Origin: Gaiellaceae bacterium
GTDB lineage: Bacteria > Actinomycetota > Thermoleophilia > Gaiellales > Gaiellaceae
Reading direction: 5' to 3'
DNA length: 64,000 bases
Assembly (NCBI GenBank): GCA_965223695.1
Contig: CBDCXJ010000011.1
Span: forward strand, 6,824 to 70,823
Made by a program: the position numbers and the translations under genes. This document shows positions 45,613-55,505 of this stretch, piece after piece. Position 1 is the stretch's first letter. Every line of letters begins with the position of its first letter. The notes under the pieces are model-generated. The model was not told the DNA's origin. It ran no database searches and saw nothing but the letters and a program-made list of their open reading frames with translations.

Positions 45613-47000
45613 GGCGTTGCTCCTTCCCGTGCTGCGCGGGCCAGCTGAAAGCGATAGACCGCGGCCGTTTCCAACGCGTTTAGCGCAAGCATCATCCCAC
45701 CTGCGGCCGCGGCAAAGGGAAGCGGATCGATATCGACTAGGGCGAGCACAATGAGCAGGGCCGCGAGCAAGAGGCGCGCGGGGATGAACCAGCGTCCGAG
45801 CCGCGTGAGGCGGAAGCCGAGGTTCGCGAGGTTGATCACGGTCATGCCGATCCAGAACGACGCTGCGCCACCTGCGAAAATCGCCGTTCCAGGCACGCCG
45901 CCGGCGTGCCCAACGGCCACCTCGGCTTCGTCGGCGGCATGCTCCGCCGCGCCCGCCGCGGCCGTCTCGATCATGAGCTCGGTGCCGACTCCCAGCGCAG
46001 CGATGCCGGCGAAGATCGCGAAGTGGGCGTAGCCCCAGACGAACGCCGCGTTGAGGCCGGACGTCAGCGCGTCGCGCCCGGAGCGGTCGAAGTACGTCCA
46101 CCAGATCGAGACAGCGGCGAGGAACGCGAGCGAGGCGGTGAGCATCGCCGTGGCGTCCCAGCCGACGTCGGATATGCCGATCGAGACCGCGAGGACGGAC
46201 TCGCCGAGCACGATGATCGTGAACAGGCCGTAGCGCTCCTGGATGTGATCGAGGTGGAAGAGGTCGGTCGCGGGAAGGAGCCGCTCGCCCTCCGGCATCG
46301 CGACGCCGTAGGCGGCGCGGGCGCGGTCAGCGTGGTGCTCCTCGACGTGCCAGTCCTGCTCACTCCCGAAGGCGCGCAGACCGATATACGGGCCGAATAT
46401 CTGCAGCACCAGGCCCGCGGCCCAGAGCGAGTAGCGCGCGGCACCGTCCACACCGAGCGAGACCACCCACGGAACGAGGCCGATCGAACCGACGACCAGC
46501 TGGCGGTTCAGGAAGCTCGCGATGCGATCGTGCGTGTGCCCATCGGGGTGCGCGGGCACATGCCGGCGCGCGCGCACCCACAAGGAGATAACGAGGAGCT
46601 GCAGGACGATGTAGGCCAGGGCGAAGGCGAAGGCACGACCGTCGGCCGCAGCCTCGACAGAGCTCGCGAGCCAGACGACGGCCAGCATTCCCCCGAACAC
46701 GGTGACCCGGTAGGGAACGTCGTCGTTGTCGAACGTGTTGGCAAACCACGTGAAGCCGATCCAGCTCCACCAGAGCGGTATGAACAGCCCGATGAAGATC
46801 GCCGCCCCCTCCCAGGTGGGGTCGCCGTGAAACGCTCGAGCAAGAGCGGCGATCGCAACGACGAAGCACAGGTCGAAGAACAGCTCGAGCCAGGTGGCCT
46901 GGCGATGCCCTTCGGGGTCGATCCGCGCGATCAGCGGCCGGAGTGGATGGCGGATCGTCGGCGCGGTCTGTCCGGCGGCTGATGACACGGGAGCATTCAA
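45609..47000 (-). CDS. LtrA (low temperature requirement A) family membrane protein
   Basis: 463 aa polytopic. ATWLELFFDLCFVVAI signature. Its stop overlaps the MDR gene start (4 nt). Confidence 0.75.
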   Translation of the reverse strand: MNAPVSSAAGQTAPTIRHPLRPLIARIDPEGHRQATWLELFFDLCFVVAIAALARAFHGDPTWEGAAIFIGLFIPLWWSWIGFTWFANTFDNDDVPYRVTVFGGMLAVVWLASSVEAAADGRAFAFALAYIVLQLLVISLWVRARRHVPAHPDGHTHDRIASFLNRQLVVGSIGLVPWVVSLGVDGAARYSLWAAGLVLQIFGPYIGLRAFGSEQDWHVEEHHADRARAAYGVAMPEGERLLPATDLFHLDHIQERYGLFTIIVLGESVLAVSIGISDVGWDATAMLTASLAFLAAVSIWWTYFDRSGRDALTSGLNAAFVWGYAHFAIFAGIAALGVGTELMIETAAAGAAEHAADEAEVAVGHAGGVPGTAIFAGGAASFWIGMTVINLANLGFRLTRLGRWFIPARLLLAALLIVLALVDIDPLPFAAAAGGMMLALNALETAAVYRFQLARAAREGATP

Positions 47001-47097
47001 CCATTCCGGTCCCGGTTACGCGCTGCACTCAGCTCGCTTGCCTCGTTCTGCCCGACTAGTGTGCGCCCGCGATGGCTAGCGAGCGGAGGGATGGCGA

Positions 47098-50000
47098 ATG
47101 AAGCGGATCGGCGTCGATGTCGGAGGAACGTTCACCGACCTGATCCTCGTCGACGAGGAAGCAGGCGCCATCCACGTCGACAAGGTCCCGTCGACGTCCG
47201 ATGACCCGGCGCGCGGCACGGTCGCGGGCGTCGAAGCGCTGTGCAAGACGAACGGCCTGACGCTCGCCGACATCGACGCGATCCTCCATGGCACGACGGT
47301 CGCGACGAACATCGTGCTCGAGCGGGCCGGCGCCTCGGTCGGGCTGATCACGACCGAGGGGATGCGCGACATTCTCCACATCGCGCGCCACAAGCGCCCG
47401 TACAACTTCTCGCTGCACTGCGAGCTGCCGTGGCAGAGCCATCCGCTTGTGAAGCGCCGGCATCGGCTGACCGTCGCCGAAAGGATCACGACGCCGAACG
47501 GCGAGGCGCTCGTCAAGCTCGACGACGACGAGGTTCGCGAGCGGGTCCGCGAGCTGAGAGCGGCGGGGGTCGACGCGGTCGCCGTCTGCCTGCTGCACTC
47601 CTACCTGAACCCCGAGCACGAGAAGCGGATCGCCGCGATCCTCGAGGAGGAGTTCCCCGAGGCGTACCGCTCGGTCTCGCACGAGGTTCTTCCCCTCTAT
47701 CGCGAGTACGAGCGCTTCTCGACGGTCTGTCTCAACGCCTCGATCGGCCCGCGTGTCTCCGAGTACATCGGTCGTATGGCGACCGCGCTCGGCGACGCAG
47801 GCTTCGCGCACGACCTGCAGCTGATGCAGTCGAGTGGCGGAACGGTCGGCTCGGAGGCGGCGAGATCACGGCCTGTGTCGTTGCTGATGTCCGGGCCCGT
47901 GGCCGGGCTGATCGGAGGCATCTGGGCCGGGCGGATGGCGGGCTACGAGAACGTGATCACGCTCGACATGGGCGGCACCTCGGCCGACATCGGCGTCGCC
48001 CCCGGCGGCGAGCTGCGCATGCGTCACCTCGTCGACACGACGGTTGGCGGATACCACGCGATGGTGCCCATGGTCGACGTCGACACGATCGGCGCGGGTG
48101 GTGGCTCGATCGCCTACGTCGACCGCGGCGGTGTGTTTCGCGTTGGGCCACAGAGCGCGGGCGCTGATCCTGGCCCGGCCTGCTACGGGCGCGGCGGCGA
48201 TGACCCGACTTCTACCGACGCCCAACTCGCGCTCGGTCGACTGTCAGAGAGCGGTCTGCTCGGTGGCCAGATGCCGCTCGACAGGGCCAAGGCCGAGGCG
48301 GCTCTTGCCAGCGTCGCGGAGCCGCTCGGGGTGAGCACCACCGAGGCGGCGCTGGGCCTTCTCCAGGTGCAGAAGTTCGGCATGACCCAGTCGATCGAGC
48401 TCAACTCGGTCCGTCGGGGATACGACCCGCGCGAGTTCACGCTGGTCGCGGCCGGCGGCGCCGGCCCGCTCTTCGCCTGCGATATCGCGCTCGAGCTCGA
48501 CATCTCGCGGGTGCTGGTGCCCCCTCACCCGGGGATCACATCGGCAACGGGCTTGCTCGCGACCGACGTGCTGCACGAGCTGGTCGCAACGGTCATGGAG
48601 CGGCTCGACAGACTCGACGCGGCCGGGCTGAGCGGCACGTTCTCCGAGCTCGAGGCGCGGGCCGGCGAGGCGCTCACGCGAGACGGCTATACCGGCGATC
48701 GCGCGATAGTCACGCGCCTGGCCGACTGCCGCTATGTGGGGCAGGGCTACGAGGTGCGCTGCGAGGTGCCTTCTGGAGTCATCGACGACGCCTGGGTCGA
48801 GGCGACCGAGCAGTCGTTCCACGAGGCACACGAGCGGGAGTACGGGCAGCGCTTCGACTCGCGCATTCAGATCGTGAACGTTCGCGTGACCGGCGTCGGG
48901 CTCGTGCCCGAGCTCGACTGGCCGGAGGCCCCGCCGGCCGAAGGAGCACCCGAGTCGACGCGCGTGCACGACGTCGTGTTCGAGGTCGACGGCGAGCCTG
49001 CCGCGCTCGCCACGCCCTTCTTCGACAGAGGCGACCTCCAGGCCGGCCACGCGCTCGCGGGCCCGGCCATCATCGAGCAGTACGACTCGACGACGGTCGT
49101 CCCGCCGGGGCTCGAAGCGACGATCGACCGCCACGGCAACATCGTGATCGACTGCACACGTGCAAGCTCACGCGACGAAGGTGAGCACGGCGTAGGCCTC
49201 GCGACGCCGGTTCTTATGCGCGTCATCGGCGGCGCCTTCTCGTCGATCGCCATGGAGATGTCGTCGATCCTCTTCCGCATGTCGTACAGCTCGATCATCC
49301 GCGAGTCAGAGGATCTCGGCGCCGGCATCTTCGACCGCGACGGCAACGAGCTGGCCGAGTCCGACTCGACGCCGATGTTCATGGGCGCGATGCCGAAGAT
49401 CGTCAAGGGCGTCGTCAACGAGCTAGGCGACGACATCCACGACGGCGACGTGATCGCCCACAACCACCCCTACAAGGGCGCGACGCACTCACCCGACATC
49501 GGCATCGTCGTCCCGATCTTCTGGGAAGAGGAGCTGGTGGCGTTCTCGGGCGCCTCGGCGCACCTGCTCGACATCGGCGGCGCCTACCCGGGGATGGCGA
49601 TCGACCTGGTCGACATGTGGGCCGAGGGCCAGATCTGGGATGCGCTGAAGCTGAGCTCGAAGGGTGTGCGCCAGGAGAGCACCTGGCGCTCGATGCTGAC
49701 GAACGTGCGCACCCCGACCCACAACAAGGGCGACATCGAGGCGATGATCGCCGCGTGCGAGCGCGGGAAGGCACGCTTCCTCGAGCTGGTTCGCCGCTAC
49801 GGCAAGGACCAGGTGCTCGGTGCCGCCAACGACTGGCTCGCCTACTCGGAGCAGATGTTGCGCCAGGAGATCGCCAAGATCCCCGACGGCACCTACGACG
49901 TGCCGATGGGCTGGATGGACGACGACGGCAAGAACTACGGCACACGCCTTCCCGTCAAGATCAAGGTGTTGATCGACGGCAGCACGCTGACGATCGACAC

Positions 50001-50943
50001 GACCGGCTCGAGCTCAGAGACCGAGACGGCGTTCAACTCGCCCTACGTCGGCGCCGTCACCAGCGCCGCGACGTACATCGCGCGGACGATCTTCCTCGAC
50101 GAGGCCACGTACGACGTGTTCGTGCCCCAGAACGAGGGGATGCTCACCCCGGTCGAGGTGATCGCGCCCGAGGGCTCGATCTTCAACCCGCGTTTTCCGC
50201 GAGCAACCAAGGCGCGCTTCTGCCAGATCCAGCGCATGGCCGACTTCACGCTCCGTGCCCTGGCGCCGGTCATTCCGGAGAAGATCACGGCGGGCAACTC
50301 GGCCGCGACGACCTTCTTCTCGTACTCCGGCTTCGACCCCGAGGACGACGAGTACTGGGTCTACCTCGAGGTGAACGAGGGATCGCACGGCGGACGCCAG
50401 GGGGCCGACGGCTGGGACACGGTCGACTGTCTCGTTGCCAACACGCGCAACAACCCGATCGAGGAGCTCGAGTGGCGCTTCCCGATGAGAACTGAGCGCT
50501 ACGAGGTGCGCGACGATCTCGCCGCGCCCGGGCGCTGGCGTGGGGGCATCGGCACGGTGCGCGTGAACCGCTTCCTCGTCGACACGATCATCGCCAGCGA
50601 GGGCGAGCGCTTCTTCGGGGATCCACCGTGGGGCATCTTCGGCGGGCACGAGGGCAAGCTCGCCTCGACACGCAAGAACCCCGACACGCCCGACGAGGAG
50701 AATTGGCCCTCGAAGTTCACGAACTACCGGATGGCGGCCGGCGATGCGGTCGAGATCATCGTGCCCAGCTCCGGAGGCTACGGCGATCCGCTCGAGCGGC
50801 CCCCGCAGCAGGTGCTCGAAGACGTGCTCGATGGCTTCCACAGCCTCGAGCAGGCGCGTGAGGACTACGGCGTGGTCATCGACGCGGCGTCTATGAGCGT
50901 GGACGACGCGGCGACCGAAGCGCTGCGCGGCGATAAGAGCTAA
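47098..50943 (+). CDS. Fused hydantoinase/oxoprolinase (HyuA-like N-terminal half + HyuB-like C-terminal half)
   Basis: 1281 aa. MKRIGVDVGGTFTDLILVDE (HyuA), then IFDRDGNELAESDSTPMFMG...HNHPYKGATHSPD (HyuB). GGAGGG SD upstream. Confidence 0.9.
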   Translation: MKRIGVDVGGTFTDLILVDEEAGAIHVDKVPSTSDDPARGTVAGVEALCKTNGLTLADIDAILHGTTVATNIVLERAGASVGLITTEGMRDILHIARHKRPYNFSLHCELPWQSHPLVKRRHRLTVAERITTPNGEALVKLDDDEVRERVRELRAAGVDAVAVCLLHSYLNPEHEKRIAAILEEEFPEAYRSVSHEVLPLYREYERFSTVCLNASIGPRVSEYIGRMATALGDAGFAHDLQLMQSSGGTVGSEAARSRPVSLLMSGPVAGLIGGIWAGRMAGYENVITLDMGGTSADIGVAPGGELRMRHLVDTTVGGYHAMVPMVDVDTIGAGGGSIAYVDRGGVFRVGPQSAGADPGPACYGRGGDDPTSTDAQLALGRLSESGLLGGQMPLDRAKAEAALASVAEPLGVSTTEAALGLLQVQKFGMTQSIELNSVRRGYDPREFTLVAAGGAGPLFACDIALELDISRVLVPPHPGITSATGLLATDVLHELVATVMERLDRLDAAGLSGTFSELEARAGEALTRDGYTGDRAIVTRLADCRYVGQGYEVRCEVPSGVIDDAWVEATEQSFHEAHEREYGQRFDSRIQIVNVRVTGVGLVPELDWPEAPPAEGAPESTRVHDVVFEVDGEPAALATPFFDRGDLQAGHALAGPAIIEQYDSTTVVPPGLEATIDRHGNIVIDCTRASSRDEGEHGVGLATPVLMRVIGGAFSSIAMEMSSILFRMSYSSIIRESEDLGAGIFDRDGNELAESDSTPMFMGAMPKIVKGVVNELGDDIHDGDVIAHNHPYKGATHSPDIGIVVPIFWEEELVAFSGASAHLLDIGGAYPGMAIDLVDMWAEGQIWDALKLSSKGVRQESTWRSMLTNVRTPTHNKGDIEAMIAACERGKARFLELVRRYGKDQVLGAANDWLAYSEQMLRQEIAKIPDGTYDVPMGWMDDDGKNYGTRLPVKIKVLIDGSTLTIDTTGSSSETETAFNSPYVGAVTSAATYIARTIFLDEATYDVFVPQNEGMLTPVEVIAPEGSIFNPRFPRATKARFCQIQRMADFTLRALAPVIPEKITAGNSAATTFFSYSGFDPEDDEYWVYLEVNEGSHGGRQGADGWDTVDCLVANTRNNPIEELEWRFPMRTERYEVRDDLAAPGRWRGGIGTVRVNRFLVDTIIASEGERFFGDPPWGIFGGHEGKLASTRKNPDTPDEENWPSKFTNYRMAAGDAVEIIVPSSGGYGDPLERPPQQVLEDVLDGFHSLEQAREDYGVVIDAASMSVDDAATEALRGDKS

Positions 50944-51066
50944 CGGTCGCGTCCGCGACGGTCCGGACGTCCGGCCAACCGGTCCCCAAGATGGTTGATT
51001 CCGCGATTTTGTGGCGGCGGACTAAATCGTCATCGCGCGGCGTTTGAATCTGCCGAGGAGGTCAGC

Positions 51067-51678
51067 ATGTCTACGAAGATCGCCGTTATCTACTACAGCG
51101 CTACGGGGAGCGTGCATCGCCTCGCGGAGGCCGTCGCCGAGGGAGCCGCTTCGACCGGAGCCGATGTTCGGCTGCGCAAGGTCGCCGAGCTCGCACCGCC
51201 AGAAGCGATTGCCCAGAACCCGGCGTGGCAGGCGCACCACGACGCGACCAAGGATGCCGTCGAGACCGCAGTGCTAGGCGACCTCGCATGGGCGGACGGT
51301 TACGCGTTCGGCACGCCGACGCGCTTTGGCAATCCGGCTGCGCAACTCAAGCAGTTCCTGGATTCGGCTGGCGGGCTCTGGTTCGAGGGAAAGCTGACCG
51401 ACACGGCTGTCACGAGCTTCACCTCGGCGATGAACCGGCACGGCGGTCAGGAGACGACGCTGCTGGCGCTCAACAACGTCTTCTACCACTGGGGCTGCAT
51501 CATCGTCCCGCCCGGCTACACGGATGACAGCATCTACGCAGCGGGTGGCAACCCCTATGGGACAGCCTGGCCGAGTGGACAGAGCGGAGCGCCGCCCGAC
51601 GAAGCCCACCTCGCGGCCGCGCGCCATCAGGGCCGTAGACTCGCCGAGAAGACGGCCCTGCTCCGTCCCAGCGGCTGA
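51067..51678 (+). CDS. wrbA: NAD(P)H:quinone oxidoreductase, WrbA type (flavodoxin-like)
   Basis: GAGGAGG SD. MSTKIAVIYYSATGSVHRLAEAV...FGTPTRFGN...SAMNRHGGQETT. Confidence 0.85.
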   Translation: MSTKIAVIYYSATGSVHRLAEAVAEGAASTGADVRLRKVAELAPPEAIAQNPAWQAHHDATKDAVETAVLGDLAWADGYAFGTPTRFGNPAAQLKQFLDSAGGLWFEGKLTDTAVTSFTSAMNRHGGQETTLLALNNVFYHWGCIIVPPGYTDDSIYAAGGNPYGTAWPSGQSGAPPDEAHLAAARHQGRRLAEKTALLRPSG

Positions 51679-51701
51679 GGCACAGGCAGAAGGGAAGGCA
51701 C

Positions 51702-52604
51702 ATGTCGATCCGACCCGTCAAGGAATCCCGCACGGCCACGCCGACCATGGAAGGAGCGGGAGTCAAGCTGCACCGGGCCTTCGGGTTCGGCAAGACGGAC
51801 GAGTTCGATCCGTTCCTCCTCCTCGATGACTTCCGAAACGACGACCCCGACGACTATCTCGCCGGGTTCCCCTGGCACCCGCATCGCGGCATCGAGACCG
51901 TGACCTATGTGCTGTCGGGAACCGTGGAGCACGGCGACAGCCTCGGCAACCGCGGCGCGCTCGGGGCGGGCGACGTGCAGTGGATGACCGCCGGCCGCGG
52001 GATCCTCCACCAGGAGATGCCGCGCGGCGACCCGCGTGGGCGCATGCATGGGTTCCAGCTCTGGGCGAACCTGCCCGCGTCGAAGAAGGTGACCGCGCCG
52101 CGCTACCAGGACGTCGTGGCCGACGCGATCCCGGAGCTCGTCGACGACGACGGCACCCAGGTGCGCGTCGTCTGCGGCGAGTTCTGGGGAGCGCGGGGCC
52201 CTGTAGAGGGAATCGCGGCCGACCCGAGCTACCTCGACATCTCGGTTCCCGCCGGTCAGCGCAAGACGATCCCTGTCGAGCTCGGCCGGCACGCGTTCGC
52301 CTACGTCTTCGATGGCGAGGGCAGCTTCCGGGCCGCGTCCGACCCGCGCGCAGTGCAGACCGACCTCGTCGGCTCAGGCCTGCCCGAGACCCCCTCCTCG
52401 GTCGGGAACCGCTCGCTCGTCCTGTTCGACGCCGGCGACGAGATCACGGTGCAGGCTGGCGAGGCTGGGATCAGGTTCCTGCTCGTCTCGGGTCAGCCGT
52501 TGCGCGAGCCCGTTGCTTGGTACGGCCCGATCGTGATGAACACCAACGAGGAGATCCGGCAGGCGCAGGTCGACCTCGCCGACGGGACGTTCATCGAGCA
52601 GTAG
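51702..52604 (+). CDS. Pirin family protein
   Basis: GFPWHPHRGIETVTYVLSGTVEHGDSLGN...MHGFQLWANLP. Confidence 0.9.
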   Translation: MSIRPVKESRTATPTMEGAGVKLHRAFGFGKTDEFDPFLLLDDFRNDDPDDYLAGFPWHPHRGIETVTYVLSGTVEHGDSLGNRGALGAGDVQWMTAGRGILHQEMPRGDPRGRMHGFQLWANLPASKKVTAPRYQDVVADAIPELVDDDGTQVRVVCGEFWGARGPVEGIAADPSYLDISVPAGQRKTIPVELGRHAFAYVFDGEGSFRAASDPRAVQTDLVGSGLPETPSSVGNRSLVLFDAGDEITVQAGEAGIRFLLVSGQPLREPVAWYGPIVMNTNEEIRQAQVDLADGTFIEQ

Positions 52605-52948
52605 CTAGCAGTCCGCGAGCGCATCGAGCGCGCGGCAGATCTCACGCCTCGATCTGATCGCTCCGAGCCGCTCGACAAGAGGTGACTCACAGCGCGGCGA
52701 GCATGCCGAGCCGAACTCGACGAGTGTGCAACCAACTGCGCGAGTCCGAGTCGAGTTCGTCACGCAGCTGACACGCTGGCGGTTGGGGGTGGTATCGCGC
52801 CGCGAACCTCGGCACAATGTCGGCCGACACCGTGTAGACGTCACGCCCCTGCTTCGCGCGGCCGAGCGCGAGAGCGAGGCGCGGCGCCTACGAGTCCGTA
52901 GCTCACCGGCCCGTGCTGCCGATGCACGAGCCGGAAAAAGGGGGCCAG

Positions 52949-53465
52949 ATGGCCAAGGCGACGCTGATCGTGGCGCTCCTCACGACCGCCGTGCTGCTGG
53001 GCAGCGCCGAGGCGCGCGCCCACGAGTCGGCGCGCGCGCCGATCATCCACCAGATCGATCACCTGCGCGGGAAGACGAACGCGATTCGGAGGACACTCGC
53101 CCGGCGCCCGCTGGCGACGGACTTCGCCTATCGCAAGAACAAGAGTGCGACGTTCAGGCTCGAGGCTCTCGAGCAATGGACGGCGGCTCTAAGCACGCGT
53201 CATGCGCCCGCACCCGCGAAGCGTCTGGGCGCGGCTCGCACGCTGCGAGTCGAACGGCGACTGGAGCTACAACGGCCCCGCAATCTACGACGGCGGCCTC
53301 CAATTCCATCCGCAAACGTGGGAATCACACCGCCCCGAGAGCTATCCGCAACAGGCCTGGGAGGCAACGCCGGCCGAGCAGATCCGTGTCGCGCGACTGG
53401 TGCTACGAGCGCAGGGGTGAGGTGCCTGGCCGCATTGCGCACGAAAGCTCGGCCTGCGGTTCTAG
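52949..53465 (+). pseudogene. Decayed secreted Rpf-like (transglycosylase-like domain) protein: one frameshift plus TGA at a conserved Trp
   Basis: A signal peptide (MAKATLIVALLTTAVLLGSAEARA) is in one frame. The catalytic domain (WARLARCESNGDWSYNGPAIYDGGLQFHPQTWE...AEQIRVARLVLRAQG) is in another. TGA at 53418-53420 interrupts the QG-W-GAWPHC tail. Confidence 0.65.
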
Positions 53466-53480
53466 AGGCCTCAAGCCTCT
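53464..53480. terminator. Hairpin between convergent genes
   Basis: AGAGGC-CTCAA-GCCTCT, a 6-bp stem. Confidence 0.3.
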
Positions 53481-53486
53481 CGATCG

Positions 53487-54416
53487 TTAGCGACGTGCCG
53501 CCCCGCGAAGCGCGCGCTTGACCGCGACCTCGGCGCGCAATCCCGCCCTGGGCGTGTGCCGCACGACCGAGTACGGAGTTGGTGCGCCCCCGAAGGCCCG
53601 GAAGAAACGCTCGACGCTTCGGATCATCGACCCTTCGAAGTCGAACGCGAGGCCGCGCTCGGCCGCGAGCTCGATCGCGCTCCAGACGAGCAGCGACGTC
53701 GCTCCGCTGGAGCGGAGCTCTGGATCGCTCGCGCCGACGAGGTAGTAGAGAGCGGCGTCGTCCCAGACGAAGTAGCCGACCGCGTGGGCGTCGCCATCGG
53801 CGCCGCGGGCGACGAGCACGCGCCGGGCGTCGCGGGCCTCGGCCGGTGCGTCGACGGCTTCGATCGTCTGCCAGGTGCGGCCAGCCCCTTGCAGCTCGAA
53901 CAGGTCGTAGCGATTCCCCTCGACGACGGTGACTCCCTGCTTGCGCGCCTTGCGGATGTCGCCGCGAATGTTCGTCCTCAGCCCGGCCTCGATCGCCTCG
54001 AGATCAGAGAGATCGTCGAGGCGCCACGTGTAGCGCGTCGTCTGCCTGAACCCATGCCACGAGAGAGGCGCCCAGTAGGCGAAGCTCGGGTGACAACGGG
54101 CCTCGAGATGGGCGTAAGGGCCGAGCGAGTCGAGCAGAAGCTCGAGGCTCTCCTCGGCGGTCGTCCAGCGCCGCTTCCCAGCCTCGGGCGCGGGCAAGAT
54201 CGGGCCGAGGAACGGCGTGACCGGGGCGCCGAGGTGCAAGACGCCCCAGCGGTTCCGCTGGGCGATCGTCGGCCACGCGGCCCGCAGCTCGCCCTCCTCG
54301 ACCAGGTGCGGGTGCCACTGCTCGGGTGCGACGGCATCGAGCCACCAGGTCGTCGAGAAGATCGAGCCCTGCGGCGAGGCCTGCACGAGCTCGTCGTAGC
54401 GCTCGCGGGCCGTCAT
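53487..54416 (-). CDS. GNAT/FemAB-like acyltransferase domain protein
   Basis: 309 aa from the internal ATG, which overlaps the upstream stop (ATGA). MTARERYDELV...FSTTWWLDAV...YLVGASDPELRSSGATSLLVWSAIELAAERGLAFDFEGS resembles BioF2-like/FemAB-type acetyltransferases. Confidence 0.6.
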   Translation of the reverse strand: MTARERYDELVQASPQGSIFSTTWWLDAVAPEQWHPHLVEEGELRAAWPTIAQRNRWGVLHLGAPVTPFLGPILPAPEAGKRRWTTAEESLELLLDSLGPYAHLEARCHPSFAYWAPLSWHGFRQTTRYTWRLDDLSDLEAIEAGLRTNIRGDIRKARKQGVTVVEGNRYDLFELQGAGRTWQTIEAVDAPAEARDARRVLVARGADGDAHAVGYFVWDDAALYYLVGASDPELRSSGATSLLVWSAIELAAERGLAFDFEGSMIRSVERFFRAFGGAPTPYSVVRHTPRAGLRAEVAVKRALRGAARR

Positions 54417-55405
54417 CCGGCGATCCTCGACCGGTCGCTCGGGGCGGGCGCGGCGATCTGTCGCGCCTCGAGACACGCACTCAGCTGCGTCTCGAGCTCG
54501 TCGGGAAGCGCCGCGCCTGGCGGGCGAGCGAACTCGGTGGGGACGTTTGCGCGCACGGCGAGGGAAATGCCGGCGTCCTGGGCGAACGCGGCGACGCCGT
54601 CCAATGTCGTGCCGACGTCCGCAACCAGGCTCTCGTAGCCGACGTCGGCGAATCGATCGGGGCCGATCTGCTCGCGCGCCCCGTCGATGGTCGCGTGGAT
54701 CGCCTCGATCTGGCCGATGGCTTGCTCTGCCGGTGTGCCGGTCGCTAGGCGCTCCCAGCCCGGCGGCTCGGCCGACCACCACGACTGCACCTCACCGTTC
54801 GCGCGCTGGCGCGCGGCGAGAATCGAGCGGGCGTGCTCGGTCAGGTCGCGAGTGATGACCACGAAGCGGGCCTCGGGCAGGGCCGCTGCGATCGGCTCGA
54901 CGCGGAGCGCGTTGAGCAGGTTCTTGAAGACGATGGGGCGGCGTCCGGCACCGCCGAGCGCCCGAAGCGCCGCGCGGAGACGCCGGAGATCTTGGGGTCG
55001 GGCATCGGCGAGCGGCACGTGCTGCGGTGACTTGCGAAAGAACCGGTACCAGAACGGCCCGCACTCGCTCGGGCCCCACGGGCCGCGGGTCAGGCCGTGC
55101 GCCGAGCTGTATTCGGCGGGGGGCGAGGCTTTCCGTCCTCCGAAGCGCTCGACGAGCGAGGGCGCCCCGAAGAAGGCACAGTGGCGGTTTGCGAGATACG
55201 TGACGTCGAAGCGCCGAACGATGAGCTGGTAGAGCAGGGTGCTACCGGAGCGCGGTGCGCCGACGATGAACAACGGTGCGTACTCGAGCGACCGCTCCGA
55301 GCCGTCGGCACCGGTCAGCTCGATCCGCTGCAGCACCGACCGATTCAACACGCGGCGCGCGCGCCCCCTTAGCGCCCGCCGGAGTGCGGCGACTCGAGCG
55401 CTCAT
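54413..55405 (-). CDS. Sulfotransferase family protein
   Basis: 5'-PSB-like P-loop LFIVGAPRSGSTLLYQL and a 3'-PB-like VVITRDLTEHARS. Start at the ATG 55405 (alternative 55438). Confidence 0.7.
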   Translation of the reverse strand: MSARVAALRRALRGRARRVLNRSVLQRIELTGADGSERSLEYAPLFIVGAPRSGSTLLYQLIVRRFDVTYLANRHCAFFGAPSLVERFGGRKASPPAEYSSAHGLTRGPWGPSECGPFWYRFFRKSPQHVPLADARPQDLRRLRAALRALGGAGRRPIVFKNLLNALRVEPIAAALPEARFVVITRDLTEHARSILAARQRANGEVQSWWSAEPPGWERLATGTPAEQAIGQIEAIHATIDGAREQIGPDRFADVGYESLVADVGTTLDGVAAFAQDAGISLAVRANVPTEFARPPGAALPDELETQLSACLEARQIAAPAPSDRSRIAG

Positions 55406-55505
55406 CGCCTCGGACGTTAGCAGCGACACGCAGGACATCAGCGTGGCGCCGCAGCAGAACCCTGAGCCTCGGCCCGGCGCTGCGGCGCGACTAGAATTGC
55501 CCGCT

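Noticed and set aside
52605-52948. 79-aa minus-strand ORF (52605-52844) and other fragments in the gap after the pirin gene
   Set aside because: The sequence is Arg/Cys/Thr-rich with no motif, SD or family resemblance. Another frame gives a stop-to-stop fragment without a start. This is probably decayed or non-coding DNA next to the Rpf-like pseudogene.
53418-53420. TGA in the Rpf-like gene as a second recoding/Sec site, or as evidence of a TGA=Trp genetic code
   Set aside because: The aligned residue in the family is an invariant Trp, one transition away from TGA. The gene also carries a frameshift. Many intact genes in the window terminate at TGA (for example the leuC-like gene and vapB), so TGA is a normal stop here.
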